A stretch of 64,000 nt of DNA, taken from Promethearchaeati archaeon SRVP18_Atabeyarchaeia-1. GTDB taxonomy: Archaea > Asgardarchaeota > Atabeyarchaeia > Atabeyarchaeales > Atabeyarchaeaceae. The stretch lies in contig CP147779.1 of assembly GCA_037308085.1 (NCBI GenBank), positions 512,001 through 576,000 of the forward strand, written 5' to 3'. Within the stretch, counting starts at the first letter, position 1, and each line of letters opens with the position of its first letter. Made by a program: the position numbers and the translations under genes. This document shows, in pieces, positions 49,195 to 58,461 of the stretch. Below the pieces are notes generated by a model. That model ran no database searches. It was not told where the DNA came from and worked only from the letters and a program-made list of their open reading frames with translations.

Positions 49195-49377
49195 TCATCT
49201 CAGCCATCGAGCCAGCGACGCCTCCCCCTCCTTGGTGGCGCGAAGTCTTCTGAAGACTTCTCTCATCACACCTCTATCATAGCCACAAAGTCGAAAAACG
49301 GTCTTCTTGCTTAGTCTCCTACCACCTTTCTCGGCATCGATAATTCTGTGAACAACTTCATCAATGTCAACCATCAC
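49195..49377 (-). CDS. small basic hypothetical protein
   Basis: 60-aa helical ORF ending SLARWLR. Confidence 0.55.
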   Translation of the reverse strand: MMVDIDEVVHRIIDAEKGGRRLSKKTVFRLCGYDRGVMREVFRRLRATKEGEASLARWLR

Positions 49378-49417
49378 AATCCATCCAGATTGCCAGATTG
49401 TTTCCCTAGACTCTATA

Positions 49418-49780
49418 GCTCTACGAAATGGTTTTAATCTGTTTCCACAAGGCCACGGACACAGTCCTCACTGCGCTTCTGGCGCAATGGTTTCATGCCT
49501 CCGTACCTGGCTCTATACGGCAGAGCTCCTCCATCAGGTTTCCGGCTTAGGCAGGCGAAACTTGGTGCAGGCAGTCTTCGAAACCGCCAAACCACTATAG
49601 GGTGAAATACCGTTGCTGGATTGCGGGTCTGCGGGCTCCCATCCGGGCAATCCTTGAAGCCAGCCAGTCTCTCCTCATTCCCATTTTGCGCGCCTATTGA
49701 CCTTGATTCTCATTGCCCGACGCAACTAGACCCCACAGAGAATTCACCGTTCCCGTAGAACCTCAGGCAACCCTAAACAC
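49418..49780 (-). ncRNA. putative large structured non-coding RNA of unknown family
   Basis: Closing helix 49754-61/49418-25; nested helices 49743-48/49601-06, 49728-33/49625-30, 49712-20/49643-51; hairpins; H-type pseudoknot 49501-26; G-U pairs favour the - strand. Confidence 0.6.
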
Positions 49781-49823
49781 ATTCATTCAACAGCAGGGGC
49801 TACAGACATTCTCAAACGTCGAG

Positions 49824-50594
49824 TCAGATCATAAACACTGATGATAAATCACCGAACAGTAGGGAGACAAGGAGCGCTATCGTAATAATGAGAATTAGTG
49901 GAATCCTAAGTGGCACCCACAATTCAACGATGCCTCGACTAGTATTGTGGTTCTCGAGACTCAAGTTACCTAGACTGCTCAGTTTGACTAGTCGACCGTT
50001 CCTGACAACAATCGCTTCAGAGTCCATATGGCGACCTGATCTCGAGTTGTCTTTCTTCCCACGTTGATGATGATGCATAGCAGCCCTCTTGTATCCGAAA
50101 ACAAGTAAGATCTTGCCCATTCTTGTCTTACACTTGGGCATCAAGCTTCCATTTTCAGGACGGCTTAGGAGGTTGTGTATTGCGTTGAGAGCGAGAAGTG
50201 TGGCAAGCAATGTGACAAGGTTGACCGTCGCCGACAGAGATGCGGTCATGGGCACTTCTGAGGGGTGAAAAAAGGGGTGAAGTGTGGGTACGAATACAGA
50301 CAACATGATCATTGCCTTTGCATCAGAGCCACCAAACAGCCCAATCCTGAACAGAACCAGCGCGACTGGAAGTGTCAGTGCGAGCGACAGTAATATGTCT
50401 AACAGCATCCCAGCCGGGTCAGAAACCAAGCAGCCGTACACTGACGATAGGACAGCAACCACTGTTGCGACTAACCAAAATCTATTTGGAACGAACCCAG
50501 TTCTCTTGTCCATCCAAGAGGCGCTAGCCAACAATGATAGGCAGAGTAGAATCTGAACTGGGCTCGAGTATTCACTAGTCAACGATAACGACAC
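49824..50594 (-). CDS. A24-family prepilin/prearchaellin peptidase
   Basis: ASWMD...VPN, FGGSDAK, WV...IPLI motifs. Confidence 0.88.
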   Translation of the reverse strand: MSLSLTSEYSSPVQILLCLSLLASASWMDKRTGFVPNRFWLVATVVAVLSSVYGCLVSDPAGMLLDILLSLALTLPVALVLFRIGLFGGSDAKAMIMLSVFVPTLHPFFHPSEVPMTASLSATVNLVTLLATLLALNAIHNLLSRPENGSLMPKCKTRMGKILLVFGYKRAAMHHHQRGKKDNSRSGRHMDSEAIVVRNGRLVKLSSLGNLSLENHNTSRGIVELWVPLRIPLILIITIALLVSLLFGDLSSVFMI

Positions 50595-50818
50595 CCCAGA
50601 AACTATATCTAAGCAACCTGTTTTAAACCCCAGAAGCGGAGAGCATCTTCCTTCGTCAGGTACCCACTTGCACGTGTCTGCCCGGCCTCAAGAATTCCAC
50701 AATATCCTTAAGCTTGACAGAAGCGTTAATGGTATCTGAGCCTGAAATTGAGTTTCGGTTCCCGCATCGGCTAATCTCGGTCAGCATTGGCTTCCATGTA
50801 GCGAAGATGTGAGCGTGG

Positions 50819-51361
50819 ATGAAGATTAATAGCAAGTACTACAAGTTCTACCAGATGCAGATGGACCTGAAGAAAATCAATCTTATCGAAGCCAAGAAAG
50901 TTCCTGGCCTCATAATAAGGAACTACGGTCCAAGCGATTCTGGTCAACTTGTGAAAGTCTTCAACCTAGTCTTCTCAGGGACAAACGATCCTTTTCCCAT
51001 AATAACGGAGAGCGATCTTGGTGATCTGCCTTCTGACCGAATCATCATTGCCGAGATTCGGAATCTAGTTGTGGGTTTCCTGATGTGCGGAATTAAGAAT
51101 ATTGAAGGTAAAATGGTTGGCGTCATCGGGTATCTCGGGGTCCTGAAGGAGCACAGACGGAAGGGAATAGCGACATCTCTTGCAGTAGAAGCGGGCAAAT
51201 ACTTCCTTCAGAACAGACTAACGAAAATCATCGCTGAGGTCTTCTATCTGAGTAAGGACTCGTACAAATTCATAGAGGGCTTTGGGTTCGAGCAAACCGC
51301 GACAATACGCGTCCCGGGAGAAGAAATTGAGAGATCACTCTTCAGGGTCAAGCCCCCGTAG
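50819..51361 (+). CDS. GNAT N-acetyltransferase
   Basis: LGVLKEHRRKGIA acetyl-CoA motif; FGF. Confidence 0.88.
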   Translation: MKINSKYYKFYQMQMDLKKINLIEAKKVPGLIIRNYGPSDSGQLVKVFNLVFSGTNDPFPIITESDLGDLPSDRIIIAEIRNLVVGFLMCGIKNIEGKMVGVIGYLGVLKEHRRKGIATSLAVEAGKYFLQNRLTKIIAEVFYLSKDSYKFIEGFGFEQTATIRVPGEEIERSLFRVKPP

Positions 51362-51398
51362 ATGTGCGCTGACAAGTGACGTTTCGAGCCGGGCGCGA

Positions 51399-51980
51399 TC
51401 AGGCGGCAGCCTCCTGCAAATGCATAGTTATTAAAGTGCGAATCAAAGCCTTGAAGGTCTGAAGAAGACCTATGCCGAGTACAGAAATTGTCTCATACAC
51501 CTGATACTTCTCAAGCCCAAGTGCCTCTACGATCTCTCTGCGACCCATTGCATTTGGCAGATCCCGTTTGTTGAGCATCGTAATAAGAGGAGACTCCTTT
51601 CCAAGCCGATCCCCGAAAGTCTCTTTCAGCTCCCTCAAGCTCTCCATGTTTTCGCTCAACCGTTCCCTCGACGAATCCACAACAAACAAGACGCCGTCTG
51701 AATCCTTTGAGACGATCTGCCGTCTCTGTCTCTGGGTCGGGGCACCGGCAACAGTGAAGACATTGAATATAACTCGACCCGAAGCAGACATCGGAGCATA
51801 GTCGAAGAAGATTGTCCGTCCGTCTGGCCCCTCAATTGAAGTGAATCCACCCTTGGTCAAACCTTCCGAATGGTTGTAAATCCATCTAAGAGCGGTAGTT
51901 TTTCCCGACATCGATGGTCCCCATAGGACAACCTTGAAATGTATCCTCCCTTTGTCATCCCGCTTCATGTCCAAAGCCAC
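51399..51980 (-). CDS. MglA/Arf-like small GTPase
   Basis: GPSMSGKTT, RTIFFD, TVAG, FVVDS, NKRD. Confidence 0.88.
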   Translation of the reverse strand: MALDMKRDDKGRIHFKVVLWGPSMSGKTTALRWIYNHSEGLTKGGFTSIEGPDGRTIFFDYAPMSASGRVIFNVFTVAGAPTQRQRRQIVSKDSDGVLFVVDSSRERLSENMESLRELKETFGDRLGKESPLITMLNKRDLPNAMGRREIVEALGLEKYQVYETISVLGIGLLQTFKALIRTLITMHLQEAAA

Positions 51981-52250
51981 CCCCTATTTCCAGCTTACTC
52001 CCAGCGTTGTTAGCGGCTAATAATAAGCGAGCGCTTCTAGTAGATATCTGTTACCGCTGTGTTACCCCATATTAATTACAAACTCACAAATAAACCTATC
52101 AATAGAGTGAAAACAGTTAAATGCTCAAGGGCGCAATCATCGATCCGTGTCATGCGGCTGTACCGTATGACACTCGAGCGATAGTAAGCCAAATAAGAGA
52201 GAACAATTCCCTAAGGCTCCAATCCTCTTCCTTGGGAAGGAGGAGAGAAG

Positions 52251-52529
52251 ATGAAAGCGAAAGTGTTTGATAGGATCCTTGACTTCGTGATCATAAGTGC
52301 GGCGGCAGGCTTCGTCGTTGCCTTTGTCTACGCTGGGCTGCGCGGAACAGGTCTCACTCTAAAATTGTTTGCGGTGATATGGCTATTCATATACATCTTC
52401 GCTGCAACCCTCGCATTTCATGGAAATCTCAACGCCCACGAGGGCAACCTGCGCAGATATGCCATGGAGTGGATCATCGCTTGTCTAGTCGGGGCCGCCA
52501 TGACGCTCTTTGTACTTGTAGTCGCCTGA
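52251..52529 (+). CDS. small membrane protein
   Basis: 3 TM segments, strong GGAGG RBS. Confidence 0.7.
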   Translation: MKAKVFDRILDFVIISAAAGFVVAFVYAGLRGTGLTLKLFAVIWLFIYIFAATLAFHGNLNAHEGNLRRYAMEWIIACLVGAAMTLFVLVVA

Positions 52530-52614
52530 GTGATTCCTTGAAAACGGGAAGGCTAACCCGATCGGTATGCTTAGCTCCCAGAAAAACACCCATTACCTCA
52601 AAGGTGGTCTCTGA

Positions 52615-53271
52615 ATGTCAACAAACATAATTCGCGGCGTCCATCCCACAAGGATGGAGCTGATCTTGCTTCAGCGTAGGAGACTCTTGGCCGAAAAAGG
52701 ACACAACCTGCTAAAGGAAAAGCGTGATGCCTTGATAATGGAATTCTTCAGCACCTTAGAAGATATCAGGAAACTGAGAGAAGACGTCAACTCTGCGCTC
52801 CAAATAGCGTTTAGAGAATTGCTGGAAGCAAAAATGGTTTTGGGACCGGCGAGAATGGCCGAGCTATCAATGGACATACCCAGCTCAGCTGGAGTAGATG
52901 TGGATACAAAGAACATAATGGGTGTGAGGGTTCCAATTCTGAGGCTTACGGAAGAGACCAAGAAGAACATGGTTCCCTACAATGTGCTCGATACGACGGC
53001 CAAAATGGACGAAGCCACCAAGAAATTCCAGCAAGCCGTGCAGATGATCGTCCGCTTGGCAGAGACGGAGATCGCTGTCCGAAAACTGGCAGAGGAAATC
53101 GACAAGACAAAGAGAAGGGTGAATGCCCTCAAGTACATCATTATCCCAAGAATAGGGAACACCATCGTATACATACAATTTCACTTGGAGGAAGTAGCAA
53201 GGGAGGATTTCTTCAGGCTAAAGAGAATAAAGGCGACACTGGAAAGAAGAGAATTGGAGCAAGCCAGATAG
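52615..53271 (+). CDS. atpD: A/V-type ATP synthase subunit D
   Basis: PTRMEL, LLKEKRD, KTKRRVNAL, FFRLK. Confidence 0.95.
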   Translation: MSTNIIRGVHPTRMELILLQRRRLLAEKGHNLLKEKRDALIMEFFSTLEDIRKLREDVNSALQIAFRELLEAKMVLGPARMAELSMDIPSSAGVDVDTKNIMGVRVPILRLTEETKKNMVPYNVLDTTAKMDEATKKFQQAVQMIVRLAETEIAVRKLAEEIDKTKRRVNALKYIIIPRIGNTIVYIQFHLEEVAREDFFRLKRIKATLERRELEQAR

Positions 53272-53290
53272 ACGCCAGACTTCTTAGACC

Positions 53291-53656
53291 CTATTTCTTT
53301 TGCATTTTCAGGTTAAGGATTGCCTGGGCAAGGTCACCCTTGGACTCGACAAGTGCAGCGCGAGCCTCGTCCAGACTGACCCCAACTTGGCTGGCAACTA
53401 GTTCCACATCTTCAGATGAGATGGCAGAGGCCTCAACATGCTCAACGGCCGTGCGTTGCATTGGCGTGCCTATTACTTGGAAAACGTCACGGTCGCCTGC
53501 CTTCATTCTCGTGACCTGAGGATTCTGTATCACGAGTTCACTGCCTGAGGTCATGCGGAAGACGACCTCGGCAACCTCCCCAAGTTCTTCAAGTTTCACG
53601 CCCATTCTGTCCATCAATCGGCGCATTGCCCTGGGATCCATTCTTCTGGACGCCAT
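53291..53656 (-). CDS. nac: nascent polypeptide-associated complex protein
   Basis: NAC domain plus C-terminal UBA (DVELV...GDLAQAI). Confidence 0.93.
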   Translation of the reverse strand: MASRRMDPRAMRRLMDRMGVKLEELGEVAEVVFRMTSGSELVIQNPQVTRMKAGDRDVFQVIGTPMQRTAVEHVEASAISSEDVELVASQVGVSLDEARAALVESKGDLAQAILNLKMQKK

Positions 53657-53657
53657 G

Positions 53658-54158
53658 TTAGGAATTCACGCCCCTTCTCACTTTGATAGCAACACCACGC
53701 TTAAATCTCTTGGCTTCGTCCCCGCACAAGAGCGAACGACCAGTGGCTAAGACGCTGGAATCTTCAGAAACGGCGACTGCTTCGTTGCCTGCTCGGATTC
53801 CAGGTTCAGCTTCGGCTACGTGTTTTGCAAAGACATTTCCACCGCCCGCAATCTCAGAAACAAAGTCGCTTCTTACAACCATAATTGGATTCCCTTTTGT
53901 GCCAACTAGCCTCCTAGCCCCATCAATTGAAAGTGAGAATACGCCACTCTTGGGATTCAAAGTCGCGATGTAAACGTCTCCGTCCCTTATCTCCTTGATT
54001 TTACCAGTTCGTGGCGACGATGAGACACTAACACCACTGGGAAAAAGCAGAATGCCCGCTCCATCAGAAAACTGGTAGTCGGCGATCATCCGTATTTTTC
54101 TGAGTGTCCATTTGCCTCCTCCATCGCGCATAATGGACGCCTCTCCCGAGATTCCCAT
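53658..54158 (-). CDS. PUA-domain protein (ArcTGT C-terminal-like)
   Basis: IADYQF, NVFAKHV, GVAIKVR. Confidence 0.85.
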   Translation of the reverse strand: MGISGEASIMRDGGGKWTLRKIRMIADYQFSDGAGILLFPSGVSVSSSPRTGKIKEIRDGDVYIATLNPKSGVFSLSIDGARRLVGTKGNPIMVVRSDFVSEIAGGGNVFAKHVAEAEPGIRAGNEAVAVSEDSSVLATGRSLLCGDEAKRFKRGVAIKVRRGVNS

Positions 54159-54160
54159 TG

Positions 54161-55372
54161 CTACCCATATATTCCGTTACATGAGTCCATGTTGGAGATA
54201 GAGCCACCTAGTACCTTAGTTACGGCTTTCTCAAAGTCGACCTGTTGCACTTTGCGCCTGAGTTCTCTGATTGCAAACATACCAGCCTCGGTACAGATGG
54301 ACTTGATGTCAGCCCCAGTAGCACCCTCTGTCATCTTAATCAGGTTATTCAGGTTCACATCCTCAGACATATTCATCCTTCTCGTATGTATGGAGAATAT
54401 CTCAAGACGAGCTACATCGTCCGGGAAGGGAAATTCAATAACTCGGTCAAAACGCCCTGGCCGAAGAAGCGCGGGGTCAAGTATGTCGGGGCGATTAGTC
54501 GCCGCTATTATTCTGACGTCTCCCCGAGAATCAAAACCGTCGAGAACGCTGAGAAGCTGCATCAGAGTCCTCTGCACTTCTCGATCGCCACTTGTCGCAA
54601 CTTCGAGTCTTCTGCTTGCAACTGCATCTATCTCGTCGATGAAAACTATACTGGGGGCCTTTTCTCGCGCCAACTGAAAGACTTCTCTAACCAATCGGGC
54701 GCCCTCGCCTATGAATTTCTGCACAAATTCTGAACCAATTACCCTTAGGAAGGTGGATTTGGTTTCTTTCGCCACAGCTTGGGCAACCAGCGTCTTCCCC
54801 GAACCCGGGGGTCCGCACAGGAGGACGCCTTTAGGTGGATCTATCCCTATCTCCTCAAATATGTCAGGTTGCAGGAGAGGAAGTTCAACTGTCTCCCTTA
54901 TCTCCTGTATTTGTTCACTCAGACCGCCGATATCGTTATATGATACAGGAGGAGCCACTTCAACCTCCATTCCGCGCACGAAGGGATCTTTTGTCTGAGG
55001 AAGGACCTCGACTACTGCAAAAGTCCTTTGGTTCAGCGCAACTTTGGCCCCTGGGAAGAGACTCTTGGGTATGCTCTTCGACACGTAAACGATGAAATTC
55101 GGTCCGGTAGAGCTCTTAACAACCGCGCGACCATCTTCCAGGATGTCAATAATCTGAGCAGCTATCAGAGGCGGCTGCCTGGCTTTCTCGATCTCAACCC
55201 TGAGCGAATGGAGCTCTCTTTCCAGTCTTGTTCTTTCAACTTCGATCAACTGTTTCTCATTTTCAAGTGAGCGAACTTTCTTCTCGAGATGCCTTGTATA
55301 AGACGATATATATGATTCCTCAACGTTGCTGTAGACCCTTTTCTTGGAACCCGATTCTAGCATCTCGGGCAA
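54161..55372 (-). CDS. pan: proteasome-activating nucleotidase
   Basis: N-terminal coiled coil/[22 protein letters not shown]-terminal HbYX (IYG). Confidence 0.96.
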   Translation of the reverse strand: MPEMLESGSKKRVYSNVEESYISSYTRHLEKKVRSLENEKQLIEVERTRLERELHSLRVEIEKARQPPLIAAQIIDILEDGRAVVKSSTGPNFIVYVSKSIPKSLFPGAKVALNQRTFAVVEVLPQTKDPFVRGMEVEVAPPVSYNDIGGLSEQIQEIRETVELPLLQPDIFEEIGIDPPKGVLLCGPPGSGKTLVAQAVAKETKSTFLRVIGSEFVQKFIGEGARLVREVFQLAREKAPSIVFIDEIDAVASRRLEVATSGDREVQRTLMQLLSVLDGFDSRGDVRIIAATNRPDILDPALLRPGRFDRVIEFPFPDDVARLEIFSIHTRRMNMSEDVNLNNLIKMTEGATGADIKSICTEAGMFAIRELRRKVQQVDFEKAVTKVLGGSISNMDSCNGIYG

Positions 55373-55458
55373 AGTGAGCTCCCACCAGAATGCATATGCG
55401 GATCTTAGTTTGAAAGATTACCAGAAGGTAAATAAACTCGACCTTATTAATCCTTGCT

Positions 55459-56076
55459 TTGCCGCGAAACCGGGAAGCGCCAGAGAGAGTAGTCGATCTG
55501 AATTTACTCCCGGAGCATCTGGAGGCTGGTACCTTGAGGTGCGAGATCTGTGGCACGGAGTTTCCTTCTAGTGGCATAATGATTGAAGTCGACGGAGCGA
55601 AGTTGATGGTCTGCGAGAGATGCAGGAGGTTCGGTACAGAAGTCAAGAAGCAGGCAAAGAAGAGCATCGTCTTGCCGGCAAAACCGGTACCGAAGGCGCC
55701 GCCAAGAGTCGCTAAGCCGAGCAGACCAGGACCAGCGCGCGAGAAGGCAAAGATAACCGTGATACTAGAGTACGACCTAGTCGACGATTATCCACAGCAG
55801 ATTAGGTCAGCACGCGAATCTTCCAAACTCACGCAAAGCGAGCTAGCACAGAGAATAGGAGAAAGGCTTTCAATAGTTCAGAAACTTGAGACAGGCAAGA
55901 TACGACCATCGGACGTAATCATAGAGAAGATAGACAGAGTGCTCCGCATCAATCTAAGAGCACCAGTTGAAGAAGACGTGGCTTCGCACCATTACCAGAA
56001 ACCTGACCTAGAGCTAACGATCGGAGATATAGCGAAACCCTCGATTAGAAAGAAGGATGACGAGGATCAGCTTTGA
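55459..56076 (+). CDS. mbf1: archaeal MBF1 (Zn ribbon + HTH); true start may be ~25 codons downstream
   Basis: CEICG...VCERC, HTH, LTIGD. Confidence 0.9.
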   Translation: MPRNREAPERVVDLNLLPEHLEAGTLRCEICGTEFPSSGIMIEVDGAKLMVCERCRRFGTEVKKQAKKSIVLPAKPVPKAPPRVAKPSRPGPAREKAKITVILEYDLVDDYPQQIRSARESSKLTQSELAQRIGERLSIVQKLETGKIRPSDVIIEKIDRVLRINLRAPVEEDVASHHYQKPDLELTIGDIAKPSIRKKDDEDQL

Positions 56077-56593
56077 TTACCTTCTTTTTCCTGGTAGATG
56101 GAACCACGCGGATTCTCGCGCTAGGAAACTCCAGGTCGAACTCAGCCCCTTCAGACAAGAGGTGCATAAATACTGCAAGTGCAGAAACCTCGCTGTGTGG
56201 CTGATTAGTAATTGAAACGTTCCAGTCTGCGATTTGGTAGAGTTCCCCGGGAACTTTCTGGCTTCCCACAATCAGCAATAGATCCGTGTCACAGGACCTT
56301 ACCTCATCTATCACGCTTCGTACATCGGAACCATACATAGTCAAATGAACTGACTTTCCAGCTGATCGCCAGTTGTCAAGGAATTTTCTCCAAGACGTAA
56401 TATGCTCGACTCTGAATTCCCCGCCCCAACTCGCCACAACCTTGTTTATGCTTCTTATGAGTGCCTCGTCGTTCTCTCCTGATACGAACATGCCCTGGGC
56501 TCCAAACGCCCTGGCAACGAGCGCCACGTGGGTTGTCAGTCTAGGATCCCGTTTCCTCCGATGGCCCAACCTGAGCACGAAAACTCGTTTCAA
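56045..56593 (-). CDS. trm56: tRNA (cytidine56-2'-O)-methyltransferase
   Basis: LRLGHR..RD.R.TTH, HLTMYG, NQPHSE. Confidence 0.95.
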   Translation of the reverse strand: MKRVFVLRLGHRRKRDPRLTTHVALVARAFGAQGMFVSGENDEALIRSINKVVASWGGEFRVEHITSWRKFLDNWRSAGKSVHLTMYGSDVRSVIDEVRSCDTDLLLIVGSQKVPGELYQIADWNVSITNQPHSEVSALAVFMHLLSEGAEFDLEFPSARIRVVPSTRKKKVIKADPRHPSF

Positions 56594-56811
56594 CAGCTAA
56601 TCACCCGCAACAATAGCGAAAACTGTCGGTGAGACTACTCATAATCTGCTTATTCTCTCTTCGATAATGAATCGAGTGAATGTTTTCAAGTTAGATATAA
56701 TTTTTAAGTGATCAGTCCCTATTATACTTAGGGAGACGACCGGCCGTTCAGCAGTCTGTACCGCGATATCTGAGGGTTATATTGTACAATAATTAGAGAG
56801 GAGTTGCCCCT

Positions 56812-57330
56812 ATGAGTTCCAAAGGCTACGATACCGGTGACATGCTAGCTTCTATAATAGGTGAGATCGGGGGGGATGAAGCGGTCAAGGTCGCCGTAGC
56901 CTTGGCTAACGAAGAAGAAACCACAGATGAGAAAATAGCGGGATCCACTGGGATGCGGCTGAACGCCGTCAGAAAGGTTTTATACCGACTTCATGAGAAC
57001 CACCTTGCATCCTATCGGAGGACGAGGGACAACAACACGGGATGGTTCGTCTATTTTTGGAAGCTCAACCCGGAGAAGATATCTGACCTTGTCAGGGATA
57101 GGAAAAGGCTCGCACTGCAGAAGCTCAAGGAACGACTGTCATACGAGAAAGAACATATCTTCTTTCATTGTGGCAATGAGCAGTGCCCGAGATGCACTTT
57201 TGATGAGGCTGTAGAGCTTTCATTTCAGTGCTCGACCTGCAAGCGCCCACTGCAATTCTACGGCAACAACGGGCTCGTAGGTGTTCTAGAGGACAAGATC
57301 AGAAAGCTTGAAGTAGAAACTAATGCGTAG
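56812..57330 (+). CDS. tfe: transcription factor E alpha
   Basis: Winged helix TDEKIA...VRKVLY...GWFVYFW plus Zn ribbon. Confidence 0.93.
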   Translation: MSSKGYDTGDMLASIIGEIGGDEAVKVAVALANEEETTDEKIAGSTGMRLNAVRKVLYRLHENHLASYRRTRDNNTGWFVYFWKLNPEKISDLVRDRKRLALQKLKERLSYEKEHIFFHCGNEQCPRCTFDEAVELSFQCSTCKRPLQFYGNNGLVGVLEDKIRKLEVETNA

Positions 57331-57374
57331 ACACCTTAAGAGTCAACATCCAGACTTTGCCGACGGGACTTCTA

Positions 57375-57482
57375 GGGCGGGTGATCTAGCCTGGTTATGA
57401 TGCCGCGCTTACAACGCGGTAGAAGCCACCACTCAAAAGATTGCTTCCGCGAGAATCGCCGGTTCAAATCCGGCCCCGCCCA
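57375..57482 (+). tRNA. tRNA-Val(UAC) with a non-canonical intron at 44/45 (57421-57453)
   Basis: Cloverleaf GGGCGGG/CCCGCCC, CCGCG-CTTACAA-CGCGG, GCCGG-TTCAAAT-CCGGC; BHB with CGCG/CGCG and GAAGC/GCTTC. Confidence 0.9.
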
Positions 57483-57816
57483 CTACGCGCGGTCCTCAAG
57501 AATAAAAAGGTGGAGAGTCTATTCTGGTGTTGCTAGACGCTGCGACTACAGAGGGATAAAGGGGCAGCCAGGTTCACCAGACATCTGCCGCTGTACTGGG
57601 TTGGACTTGTATAGCAACCTTGATGTCGCAACCACAAACAGAGGCAGGATCCTCTTCACACTCTCGTTCATCTGCTTCACACTCTTTTCCTTTGACCAAG
57701 CGTCTGGTCAAGGCTATTTCAACACCACTAATGCCATGTGATGTGAAGCAGATGGCATGGACGCCCACTGAAGAAGAGGAGAAAAAGTGGCGCGTTGCTA
57801 TGATTCTCGAGAGAGG

Positions 57817-57918
57817 CGCCGGGGACGGGATTTGAACCCGCGCGACCCGAAAGAGTCACGGGCTGTCCTAGCATTTGTCACTCAAGGCCCGCGCCGTAGT
57901 CCACTTGGCTACCCCGGC
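57817..57918 (-). tRNA. tRNA-Ser(UGA) with a canonical 37/38 intron (57865-57880)
   Basis: GCCGGGG/CCCCGGC acceptor, long variable arm, CGGGC-CTTGAG|A-GCCCG; downstream of rps10. Confidence 0.9.
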
Positions 57919-58095
57919 ACGTTTCAATACGACTAAGGCGAGGCACGACCCCGCGTACAGGTGCTCACAGCGAGTAGATACGCCAATTCTCAAGAAGCCG
58001 ACAGGTTTTTCCACCCGAAGCCCAACCCAGCTAGAAGCCGAGCACAAGTTCTAGCTTACCCTTCGCAGATCAGAGACGAATGCGCATCCTATCGC

Positions 58096-58413
58096 TTAGA
58101 CGATCTCTATTTCGATGTACACATCCTCTGGAATCCTGATCCGCATTATCTGCCTCATAGTTCTCTCATCAGCGTCGAGATCTATCAGCCGTTTGTGGAC
58201 GCGCATCTCCCATTTGTCCCAAGTGTGAGTACCTTCTCCACATGGAGACTTTCGAGTGGGCACTAAGAGATGCTTTGTAGGGAGAGGTATCGGTCCAGAA
58301 ATCCTAGTCCCAGTCTTAATGGCAATATTCTTTACCTGTTTGCAGACGTCGTCAAGTCGGTCAGAACTAATGCTTGACAACTTGATTTTGGCTTTTTGAA
58401 CCATTGAACTCAC
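58096..58413 (-). CDS. rps10: 30S ribosomal protein S10
   Basis: [21 protein letters not shown]. Confidence 0.97.
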   Translation of the reverse strand: MSSMVQKAKIKLSSISSDRLDDVCKQVKNIAIKTGTRISGPIPLPTKHLLVPTRKSPCGEGTHTWDKWEMRVHKRLIDLDADERTMRQIMRIRIPEDVYIEIEIV

Positions 58414-58461
58414 CGATGATCGCGCTGAGGCGTAAAAGAAAGGGAGTGTGAGACGTCAGCC

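Noticed and set aside
49495-49530. Group II intron domain V or hammerhead ribozyme
   Set aside because: GCCGTAT...GTACGG lacks the AGC triad, upper helix and AC bulge; CTGATGG/GAAAC are not in hammerhead geometry
57490-57800. Short ORFs between tRNA-Val and tRNA-Ser
   Set aside because: No recognisable motif or clear start; possibly a decayed fragment, not supportable
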